DNA of 64,000 bases, from the IMG/VR virus record IMGVR_UViG_3300025861_000007. One strand, 5' to 3'. Positions 18,225 through 26,573 of this stretch are shown one piece after another. Both the position numbers and the translations under genes were made by a program. Under the pieces are notes generated by a model. The model was not told the DNA's origin and searched no databases. It was given only the letters and a program-made list of their open reading frames with translations. Every line of letters begins with the position of its first letter. Position 1 is the first letter of the stretch. This stretch comes from a virus.

Positions 18225-19649
18225 ATGGCAAAAGAAAAAAAATCAATTATTGAGGAAGCTCTTCTTGAGGCTGAACAAATTGACGCCACTTTCAAATCTA
18301 ACGCAAAAGAAATACTAGCTCATACAATGAGTTCAGAAATTGAAGAAATGGTAAAGGAATCATTAACTGGTTCGAAAAAAAGAAGATTGAAAGAAGACGA
18401 AGAGGAAGAAGAAACAGATTTAAACCTTGATTTAGATTCTGACGAAGGTTCTGAAGATTTAGACCTAGATATTGACACTGAAGAAGGTGACGATGAAGGT
18501 GCTGAAGATTTAGACTTAGACGATGAATCTGAAGATGGTGAAGAAACTGAGGAAGATGAGTTGGATTTAGATTCTGATGATGAAGGTACTGAAGATGATT
18601 TAGACCTTGATTTAGGAGGAGAAGAAGACTTTGACCTTGGTGGTCTTGACTTAGGTGGTGAAGAACTTGAGGGTGGTATGGATGTCGACACTGTAGATCT
18701 TACAGGTGCTAGTGACTCCGATGTAATCTCCGTTTTTAAGAAAATGGGCCCAGAGGATGAAATCGAAGTTGTTAACGACAACGGTATGGTTACTCTCAAA
18801 GACAACAAATCTGGTTCTGAATATAGAATCGAACTTAACACTGGAGCAGGTGTTCCTTCAGTAGAAACTGAAGAACTTCAACTTGGTGAAAGTGAAGAAG
18901 AAGTAGATTCTGAAGAGGTTATCTATGAAATCGAAGTAGATGATGAGGATGAAATGTCTGACTATATGGAAATGGAAGACGATATGTCTTACATGAATAT
19001 GGGAAGTGAAGATTACATGTACAATGAACACCCAGTTTCCGATGAAGATGCGGTTAACGCAATGGGTCGTGAAGATGAAATGTCTGACTACATGTCACGT
19101 ACTTCTTATAATCAAGGACCTAACAACAAGCCTTTCCACAGAGAAGAGGGTACTGGTCATAGAAGAACTCCATACACAGGATTGGGTGAATCTACAAACC
19201 TTAAGACTCAAAAACTCATCAAAGAAAATACAAACTTAAATGTTAAAAATTCAACTCTTGAAAGTGAGAATAAAGAATTAAAAGAAAACCACGAAAAAAT
19301 GGTGGACGCTTTAAAACAATTCAGAAAGAAACTTCAAGAAGTGGCTGTGTTCAACAGCAATCTTACTTACGCTGTAAGACTATTCACTGAAAATTCAACT
19401 ACAAAAGAAGAAAAGAATGAAATTCTTAAAAGATTAGATTCTGCTAAGACTTTAAAGGAATCTCAATCTATTTATAAGCAACTTGTTAAAGAATATTCAA
19501 ATGGTAAAGCTCCTATTAAGGAATCTGTTGAAGAAAAAATAAACAAGACTGCAACTAGTGGTTCTGCACAAATCAGTGAACAAAGCGTTTTTGTACACCC
19601 TGAGTTACAAAGTATGAAGAAACTTTGGGAATATAGTTACAAAAAATAA
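18225..19649 (+). CDS. Prohead scaffold/core protein
   Basis: Very acidic, C-terminal coiled coil, lies between protease and capsid gene. Confidence 0.8.
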   Translation: MAKEKKSIIEEALLEAEQIDATFKSNAKEILAHTMSSEIEEMVKESLTGSKKRRLKEDEEEEETDLNLDLDSDEGSEDLDLDIDTEEGDDEGAEDLDLDDESEDGEETEEDELDLDSDDEGTEDDLDLDLGGEEDFDLGGLDLGGEELEGGMDVDTVDLTGASDSDVISVFKKMGPEDEIEVVNDNGMVTLKDNKSGSEYRIELNTGAGVPSVETEELQLGESEEEVDSEEVIYEIEVDDEDEMSDYMEMEDDMSYMNMGSEDYMYNEHPVSDEDAVNAMGREDEMSDYMSRTSYNQGPNNKPFHREEGTGHRRTPYTGLGESTNLKTQKLIKENTNLNVKNSTLESENKELKENHEKMVDALKQFRKKLQEVAVFNSNLTYAVRLFTENSTTKEEKNEILKRLDSAKTLKESQSIYKQLVKEYSNGKAPIKESVEEKINKTATSGSAQISEQSVFVHPELQSMKKLWEYSYKK

Positions 19650-19683
19650 TAATAAAATAAAAACAAAAAAAAACCAATTTAAA

Positions 19684-21426
19684 ATGGGATATTTATTAAA
19701 ATCAGGTGAGGTTGGAAATATCGGATTAAAACACCAAAAGGCTATCCGTGAGGCAACCGTAAACAAATGGGATTCATTAGGATTCCTAGAAGGTCTTGAA
19801 GGCCACATCAGAGAGAACATCGCTTTGTTATATGAAAACCAAGCATCAGTTCTTATTAACGAATCTACACAAGCTACTGGTGGTCAATCTACTGGTTCTT
19901 TCGAAACTGTAGTATTCCCTATCATAAGACGTGTGTTCTCTAAATTATTAGCTAACGACATCGTATCAGTTCAAGCATTGAACTTACCTATCGGTAAATT
20001 ATTCTACTTCATCCCTAAAACGGCTGATAGAAACGTTGACGGTACACACGATTCAATGTTCGTAGCAAACTGTGTTAACTGTTCTGAGTCTACATTCTCA
20101 GATTGTATGAAGAATCTTTACGATATTTTCTACAACGATGGTATGTATGATAACTCTAAAGGTGCTATCACAGTAGTAGCTGCTACAGGTACAGCAGTAA
20201 CTTGGACAGCTTGTACAACAGGTCATACCATGGAATTTGCAGCAGGTAAAACTCCAGCAGCAACTGACGGTACATTACGTCACCAAATCATCGAAGTTAA
20301 AGGTTTCTCTTCTTCAGCTCCTGGTCGTTTAATCGGTCCTGATGGAAATGAAATGGATACAGAATCTTTCTTAGCTTCATTAACTGTTGTAGCTAACGCT
20401 AACATCCTTGACCCAGATGGTCAAACTATCTTGTCAGTAGGTGACACAGTTCCTTTCCGTTTAGTAGCTCAAAAATACGGTAGAGGTATCGTAGATTACG
20501 GTGATATTTGTTCTCCTGATGGAAAACTTTACATCGAAATCGATTTAACTCACCCAACTTGTGTTTCTTGTTCAAGAAACACATTCGATGGATACATCGG
20601 TGCTAACTATACAGCAACAACAATCAACAACTCTAGTATGTTAATCACTTTCAGACAGTACGCTGACCTTGAAATGGAAGACAGAATGGGTGAAGTAACT
20701 TTCGAACTTGAATCTGTAACTGTATCTGTTACTGAACGTAAGTTGAGAGCTACATGGACTCCTGAATTAGCTCAAGACGTTAGTGCATTCCACAACATTG
20801 ATGCTGAGGCAGAATTAACAGCATTGTTATCTGAACAAATTGCAGCTGAAATCGACCGTGAAATCTTGATGGATTTACGTAAAGGTGCAGCATGGCAATT
20901 ACGTTGGGATTACAACGGTTGGAAGCGTTTACCAAACAACAATGGTTACACTCAAAAAGATTGGAACCAAACGTTGATGACAGCTATCAACCAAATTTCA
21001 GCTCAAATCCACAAAGCTACATTGAGAGGTGGTGCTAACTTCGTAGTTGTATCTTCTGAAGTATCAGCAGTATTCGATGATTTAGAATACTTCCACGTAT
21101 CAAACGCAGCTCCTGAGCAAGACCAATATAACATGGGTATCGAAAGAGTTGGTTCATTAAGCGGTCGTTACACTGTTTACCGTGACCCATATTCTCCTTC
21201 TTACTCTGTGTTAATCGGACACAAAGGTAAGTCATTGTTAGACACTGGTTACATCTACGCTCCATACGTACCGATGCAGTTGACTCCTACAATGTACAAT
21301 CCGTTCAACTTCGTACCTGTTAAAGGTATCATGACTCGTTACGCTAAAAAAATGGTCAATAACCGCTTCTACGGGCATATCCGTGTAGATGGTTTAAGAA
21401 CATTTGACGTAAGAGAATTAAGATAA
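19684..21426 (+). CDS. Major capsid protein (T4 gp23-like)
   Basis: RKLRATWTPELAQD, IDAEAELTALLSEQIAAEIDREIL, YIYAPYVP, GIMTRY. Confidence 0.96.
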   Translation: MGYLLKSGEVGNIGLKHQKAIREATVNKWDSLGFLEGLEGHIRENIALLYENQASVLINESTQATGGQSTGSFETVVFPIIRRVFSKLLANDIVSVQALNLPIGKLFYFIPKTADRNVDGTHDSMFVANCVNCSESTFSDCMKNLYDIFYNDGMYDNSKGAITVVAATGTAVTWTACTTGHTMEFAAGKTPAATDGTLRHQIIEVKGFSSSAPGRLIGPDGNEMDTESFLASLTVVANANILDPDGQTILSVGDTVPFRLVAQKYGRGIVDYGDICSPDGKLYIEIDLTHPTCVSCSRNTFDGYIGANYTATTINNSSMLITFRQYADLEMEDRMGEVTFELESVTVSVTERKLRATWTPELAQDVSAFHNIDAEAELTALLSEQIAAEIDREILMDLRKGAAWQLRWDYNGWKRLPNNNGYTQKDWNQTLMTAINQISAQIHKATLRGGANFVVVSSEVSAVFDDLEYFHVSNAAPEQDQYNMGIERVGSLSGRYTVYRDPYSPSYSVLIGHKGKSLLDTGYIYAPYVPMQLTPTMYNPFNFVPVKGIMTRYAKKMVNNRFYGHIRVDGLRTFDVRELR

Positions 21427-21454
21427 TCTTAGTTGAATAAGATAAACAAAAATT

Positions 21455-21481
21455 AAAGGGAGACTAAGTCTCCCTTTTTTT
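21455..21481 (+). terminator. Intrinsic terminator after capsid gene
   Basis: AAAGGGAGAC-TAA-GTCTCCCTTT plus T-run. Confidence 0.9.
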
Positions 21482-21526
21482 ATACCCTATTTACAACAAA
21501 CGTTATTACGGTTATATTTATAATAT

Positions 21527-22207
21527 ATGAAACGTAAAAAATTTTCACAAGAAGAAGTAAATAAAATTATTAAAATGTATACTGAAGAGTATAAAGGTAC
21601 GCCTACAATATCTGAAGAGTTTAATTGTTCTAAAGCTGTTATTAATCGTACATTACGTGAAAATAATATACAGTTAGGCCCTTCTGGTCGTAAATGGACT
21701 GGTGGTAAAGAAGTTGCTGATAAAAAATGGAGAGAAAAGAATAAAGATAAAATAAACGACTACCATAAAGAATGGTTTCAAAAAAATAAAGACCATCGTA
21801 AACAATACCATAAAGAATGGCGGGAGAAGAACAAAGAAACCTATCAAGAATATCGTCGTAATTACGAAAAAACCAAAAAAGATTCCGACCCAAGTTACAG
21901 ATTGGCAAGTTATACCCGTACAGCAATTTATACTTGTTTAAAAGAACGTAATATTAACAAGTATAAAAATACATTTGATTTATTACCTTATAACTTGGAA
22001 GATTTAATAGTACATTTGGAAAATAAATTTCAAGATGGTATGAATTGGGAAAACTATGGTCAATGGCATGTTGACCATATTAAACCAATGAGTTCTTTTG
22101 TTTTTGAAAATTTCGAAGATAAAGAATTTCAAGAATGTTGGTCGTTAACCAATCTCCAACCATTGTGGGGTCAGGAAAACTTGTCTAAAGGGTCTAAAAT
22201 TATTTAA
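21527..22207 (+). CDS. HNH homing endonuclease
   Basis: WHVDHIKP...WSLTNLQPLWGQENLSKG; N-terminal HTH; own ATATTTAT. Confidence 0.85.
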   Translation: MKRKKFSQEEVNKIIKMYTEEYKGTPTISEEFNCSKAVINRTLRENNIQLGPSGRKWTGGKEVADKKWREKNKDKINDYHKEWFQKNKDHRKQYHKEWREKNKETYQEYRRNYEKTKKDSDPSYRLASYTRTAIYTCLKERNINKYKNTFDLLPYNLEDLIVHLENKFQDGMNWENYGQWHVDHIKPMSSFVFENFEDKEFQECWSLTNLQPLWGQENLSKGSKII

Positions 22208-22440
22208 TCTTCCTCATCATAGATATCACTGTTATCCCTATAAGCTTTTAAATTAGCCAATTCAATAGAAATTCTTTTATTTTCGTCATTTAATATTTTA
22301 ATATCTTCTAACTTTTCGGAAAATAAGTTAAACCCGGATTCAATAATAGTCATTTCATTGTCAGTTAAATCTTCTAAACTAACTGATATTTTATTAGCCA
22401 TCAACTCAATATATTGTTCTTTAAGTGATTTAAATTTCAT
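22204..22440 (-). CDS. Hypothetical protein
   Basis: 78-aa ORF with TATATTTG (-7 box) just upstream. Confidence 0.65.
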   Translation of the reverse strand: MKFKSLKEQYIELMANKISVSLEDLTDNEMTIIESGFNLFSEKLEDIKILNDENKRISIELANLKAYRDNSDIYDEED

Positions 22441-22487
22441 AAGACAAATATATGAATTATTTTTAAAAAAACCTTATATTTATAATT

Positions 22488-22802
22488 ATGAAAGACTTAA
22501 TATATAAAATATTAAAAGAATCGGAATTTGATTGGTTACCAGATAGTCCTTTTGGTATCGACGATAATTTAATGAATTATCTGATTCAAAACTATCCTGT
22601 TGGTAAATACCGTGAAAGTGCTGCAGAATTTTTAGGTGACAAATATGTAATGGTAGATGAAAAGCCATATCCACTTGAAAATCGTAAAAAACAAATAACT
22701 AATAAAATTTATTGGGAGGTTGTTGATGAATTTCCTAATGTAAACGAACCTGTTTTAAGAAGAACAATTAAAACGTTTTTAAACAATGCCGCTGGTAATT
22801 AA
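22488..22802 (+). CDS. Hypothetical protein with putative capsid-targeting leader
   Basis: MKDLIYKILKESEFDW; ATATTTAT at 22476. Confidence 0.7.
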   Translation: MKDLIYKILKESEFDWLPDSPFGIDDNLMNYLIQNYPVGKYRESAAEFLGDKYVMVDEKPYPLENRKKQITNKIYWEVVDEFPNVNEPVLRRTIKTFLNNAAGN

Positions 22803-23123
22803 ATGTTGCCACATATTACCATCCCAAAATTCTAATCGATGCAGTTCTTGATTCCAAATTACGGTTCCAATTGCGTGCAATCTACCTGTAATTCGCATAT
22901 CACCATCAGCATCTAAAACAAGTCTTTCTTGACCCCCTAAATTAACTTGCCACATGTTTGGGTATGTATCGTTTGTAAGTGGGCCACCGATGGTTATTAC
23001 ATCACCTAAATCGATATCATAATGTAATTCCTCCGAACATAATATAAGACGGTGTTTTTTAATTCTTTTTTTAATCACAAAGCAAAAATAAAAATGGGAA
23101 GTACTTTTGTAAATACTCCCCAT
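22779..23123 (-). CDS. Hypothetical protein (start uncertain)
   Basis: C-terminal GTVIWNQELHRLEFWDGNMW resembles fibre/chaperone motifs. Confidence 0.45.
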   Translation of the reverse strand: MGSIYKSTSHFYFCFVIKKRIKKHRLILCSEELHYDIDLGDVITIGGPLTNDTYPNMWQVNLGGQERLVLDADGDMRITGRLHAIGTVIWNQELHRLEFWDGNMWQHLITSGIV

Positions 23124-23163
23124 TCTATTATATATTTGTTAAATCTATTTATTCTACCTCTAG

Positions 23164-23937
23164 CTATAATAAATTAGAATTTCCTTTGTAAGTATCGTCT
23201 TTAATACCTCTTTCTTTTGCCAACTCTTTGTTGGACTTACCTTTGAGAGTTGTATTAACAATTTTCATAACATCTTGTGGGATAACTTCCATCAATTCCA
23301 TCATACCCATAGCGTTCAATTGAGCGTCTTTGGAGTCCCAAATGGTTGTAGCTGACTGACCAGTTTTGGTTTTATCGTGGTGGAAAGCTACTTTTGAATA
23401 GATGTTATCACGAGTTTGTTCTTCTTTAACTCTCTTGTCGATTACATACACAAGAACACCGTTCTCAGTATATTGGTTGAAGTACTTCTTGAAATCATTT
23501 GATTCAGAAGCCACACACCACTTAGTAGACTTACCGTAAACATTAGAACTACGAGAAGTAAGTGGTTGGATAACTAAGAAGTTATTATCTTCATGGAGAG
23601 TCACAGTTTCAAACTTCTTAACTTGACTCTTAGTTACTTTTTCACGAGCCAATTTTATTGTGTCGACAATTTCTTGGTTAGAACCATAGGCGTAGATATC
23701 CTTGTTCTCCAATAAATTCTTTTGTGATAATTCTTCAAATTCTTTCACAATGTCAAACATTTCTTTAAATGTATTGGTCTTAAGTTCTTCTTTTAACCAA
23801 TCAACCCAAGTCTCTGCTTGTTTAATCATGAAAGGAAGATATTTGTTTGTAGCTGTAGGATCGTTCTCAGCTAAAATTTCGATAATATCAACACTAAACT
23901 TAGGATTTTGTTCTTTTAGGTCTTTCTTTTTTGCCAT
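23164..23937 (-). CDS. Hypothetical protein
   Basis: 257-aa ORF with YGKSTKWCVAS motif. Confidence 0.75.
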   Translation of the reverse strand: MAKKKDLKEQNPKFSVDIIEILAENDPTATNKYLPFMIKQAETWVDWLKEELKTNTFKEMFDIVKEFEELSQKNLLENKDIYAYGSNQEIVDTIKLAREKVTKSQVKKFETVTLHEDNNFLVIQPLTSRSSNVYGKSTKWCVASESNDFKKYFNQYTENGVLVYVIDKRVKEEQTRDNIYSKVAFHHDKTKTGQSATTIWDSKDAQLNAMGMMELMEVIPQDVMKIVNTTLKGKSNKELAKERGIKDDTYKGNSNLL

Positions 23938-24008
23938 AATTCGAAACGGTTATTCTTTTATTTGATTACAATATTAAAATTACTAATTTGATTTGATTGT
24001 GTCAACAA

Positions 24009-24287
24009 TTACACGACATATTCACTTAAATTAATTTCAATGCCTGTTTGTTTTTTAATAGTCCAAGAAATATTATGGAAGGCTTTATAAACATGACCTG
24101 CATGTTGTAAAGATGAACTATATGGTGATACCCACATAAATTGTCCTCCACTCATGTGATGGGTGTTAACTCTAGTTAATTTCCATCCTTTAAGAAATTT
24201 ATCGACAATATCTTTTTGTGGTTTTGTGAATTTTATCTTATAAACTGATAAAATATTATTTAGTTGACAATTTTCTTTCACTTCCAT
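24009..24287 (-). CDS. Hypothetical early protein
   Basis: Likely start MEVKEN at 24287, directly after host-type promoter. Confidence 0.65.
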   Translation of the reverse strand: MEVKENCQLNNILSVYKIKFTKPQKDIVDKFLKGWKLTRVNTHHMSGGQFMWVSPYSSSLQHAGHVYKAFHNISWTIKKQTGIEINLSEYVV

Positions 24288-24291
24288 AACA

Positions 24292-24322
24292 CAAAGATAG
24301 TGAATTTTATTCATTTACCAAA
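24292..24322 (-). promoter_or_regulatory. Bacteroidota-type promoter, back-to-back with a late motif
   Basis: TTTG-N19-TATCTTTG on - strand; ATATTTAT at 24322 on + strand. Confidence 0.8.
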
Positions 24323-24344
24323 TATTTATAGTAAAAGAAATTTC

Positions 24345-24779
24345 ATGAAAAAGGTAATTAGACTTAAAGAAAATGATATAGAGAGACTTGTGAAGAAAAT
24401 CATCAAAGAAGATGATGGCCAACCACAAGTAGAAAAGAAAGAAAAAACACCAGAACCGATTAGAATGCATCAAGTTGGTGATGGAGTTCTTCCAACAATA
24501 GATGATATTATATTAGCAATCCAAAAGGCTAAAATGTCTTTCGAATCTTTGGTTAACACAAAATTAACAGGTAAAGAGGGTTACGTAAAAGAAATTGATG
24601 GAATTGTTAATGACTTCACTAAACTTGAAGATAAGGTTAGAAAGTCTAAAGAAAAAATTTCTTCATTCGTAATCCAACAACGTGAAAAAAAGAAAGTTGA
24701 TCACATGGCTCACAGAAAGATGGAGATGAGAAACAAAAGACGTGAGGCTGAAGATAATGGAAACCTATACGCGTATTAA
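24345..24779 (+). CDS. Hypothetical protein with putative capsid-targeting leader
   Basis: Likely start MKKVIRLKENDIERLVKKIIKED at 24345. Confidence 0.7.
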   Translation: MKKVIRLKENDIERLVKKIIKEDDGQPQVEKKEKTPEPIRMHQVGDGVLPTIDDIILAIQKAKMSFESLVNTKLTGKEGYVKEIDGIVNDFTKLEDKVRKSKEKISSFVIQQREKKKVDHMAHRKMEMRNKRREAEDNGNLYAY

Positions 24780-24834
24780 ATAACGTGAGGCCGAAAAGAC
24801 GGTACTATCACGACAATATAAAAACAAAAACAAA

Positions 24835-25071
24835 ATGGAAGTAAATTTTCAAGGTAATAAGGATATCATCCTTGTACAAGAACAAAAAGTAAGTGTTAAC
24901 AAATTAACTATTAATAGAATGGTTGATTTACCAGCACAAAAAAAGGTTGTAGTTTTCGTAAAAGAAATTCCTAAACCAATTGTGTTATGGGAAGGTGATG
25001 CTTATGATGCTGCTGGACAATGGAGTGATGCTGATGTCGCTACTAGGTTACAACAAATCTACGGAGCTTAA
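24835..25071 (+). CDS. Hypothetical protein
   Basis: 78-aa ORF with A-rich leader. Confidence 0.7.
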   Translation: MEVNFQGNKDIILVQEQKVSVNKLTINRMVDLPAQKKVVVFVKEIPKPIVLWEGDAYDAAGQWSDADVATRLQQIYGA

Positions 25072-25114
25072 TCAATAGACTTTACATAGGGAAATGTGTT
25101 TGTATTTTTATAAA

Positions 25115-25327
25115 GACGGAGCGTAAAACCAAACCATCTTTAGTGGTTTGGATGTAAGCGACAAAATTTGTATATTTGCATTGTCAGTATAAGACATTAA
25201 AACCTCGTAAGGGACTTGCGAGTACACGAGTGGAGCAAAAATAAGACTTCTAACTTCTTCGGAAGCAGTAAGCACAAGCTATGAAACTCGAAGCACATTC
25301 ATCACGAAGTGTGGATGTGTAGTTCAC
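25115..25327 (+). mobile_element. Miniature non-autonomous IS200/IS605 derivative
   Basis: Left end GACGGAGCG plus hairpin CCAAACCA-TCTTTAG-TGGTTTGG; TnpB-tail-like GTCEYTSGAKIRL; right end TAGTTCAC. Confidence 0.75.
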
Positions 25328-25343
25328 ATAAACACATTTTTTT

Positions 25344-26168
25344 ATGCAAAAAATTCACTTAATAGCAGGACTACCAAGAAGTGGTTCTACACTTTTATGT
25401 AATCTTTTAAACATGAATCCTAAGTTTCATGCAACAGCAACATCTCCTTTATTGGATGTTATGAGAAATATTAGGACCACGTTTTCACACAACCCAACTT
25501 ATAAATCACACAATAGATTAGAAGAGTTAGATAATATCAAAAGAGCTACTAAAGCTTTCATTGAAAATTATTACGACCCAACAAAAGAAGTTGTTTTCGA
25601 TAAATCTCGTGGGTGGGTTTCTAATCTTATGATTTTAGATGAGATTTTAGGTCATAAAGAGACTAAAATTATTTGGACTTACCGTGACCCCGTTGAGATT
25701 ATTTCTAGTATTGAAAAACATCACAATAAAACCTTAATGTTTGAAAATGTTGATGAATCAAATGGTTTAGATTTTTCTACATTAGAGGCTCGTGTTAATA
25801 ATTTTATCAATGATAATGGTATTGTGGCTAGACCAGTATGGTTATTAAATGATGCTTATGATATGGGATTCAACGATAGAATTTTAATAATCAGATATGG
25901 TGATTTAACGATGTATCCACAAGAAACCTTAAATAAAATACATGATTTCTTAGGGTTAGAGAAATACCACTATTCTCAAAATGATTTTAAAGATTTAAAA
26001 CAAAGTACTTTTGAATGGGACGGAATCTATAACTATAAATTCCCCCACACAATTAAAGAGGGTGAGGTTAAGTACGTTAAACATAATGTAAAATTACCAG
26101 ACCATATTAAAGAGAAAATTAATACTAGATTTTCTTGGGTTAACGACTTAGTCCGAGGAATGAAATAA
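25344..26168 (+). CDS. Sulfotransferase family protein
   Basis: IAGLPRSGSTLL (5'-PSB), FDKSRGW, YRDPVEIISS (3'-PB), IRYGDL. Confidence 0.85.
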   Translation: MQKIHLIAGLPRSGSTLLCNLLNMNPKFHATATSPLLDVMRNIRTTFSHNPTYKSHNRLEELDNIKRATKAFIENYYDPTKEVVFDKSRGWVSNLMILDEILGHKETKIIWTYRDPVEIISSIEKHHNKTLMFENVDESNGLDFSTLEARVNNFINDNGIVARPVWLLNDAYDMGFNDRILIIRYGDLTMYPQETLNKIHDFLGLEKYHYSQNDFKDLKQSTFEWDGIYNYKFPHTIKEGEVKYVKHNVKLPDHIKEKINTRFSWVNDLVRGMK

Positions 26169-26198
26169 AAAAACCCCGAATATTCGGGGTTTTTTATT
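26167..26198. terminator. Bidirectional intrinsic terminator
   Basis: AAAAAACCCCGAA-TA-TTCGGGGTTTTTT. Confidence 0.85.
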
Positions 26199-26218
26199 GG
26201 AAGAAATCTTTGGACTTG

Positions 26219-26573
26219 TCAGCGAAAAGCCTCATTCACAGGATTAAATACGTTAAATCTTTTCCATGAATAAGGGTCAATAGACATTTTTAAATAATCT
26301 AAAGCCCAATCAAAATCATCACCCTCTACATAGGCCTGACCTTTCCATTTTTGGATAGTGGCAATTGTATACCTAACATTTTCTTTAGTTGGATTTAATT
26401 TTAATTCAGCTATTGCCTCACCAATCTCATCATCTGATTGATATGCCTGACCCCCCCATTCTTCAAGGACCTTTTATTCCGTCCTCAACCCAAGGTAAAT
26501 AAACGTTCATTGGTTTAATATCATCAAACCATTCTTGTTCTTCTTTTAATATTTTCTTGATTAAACTTCTCAT
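26219..26573 (-). pseudogene. Frameshifted gene (missed by ORF track) with putative capsid-targeting leader
   Basis: MRSLIKKILKEEQEWFDD...GIKGP* (stop 26463-26465); +1 frame continues VLEEWGGQAYQSDDE...NEAFR* to 26219. Confidence 0.6.

Noticed and set aside
20859-20868. 10-nt match (TGAAATCTTG) of the 18168 guide inside the capsid gene
   Set aside because: Too short and no matching TAM context; expected by chance
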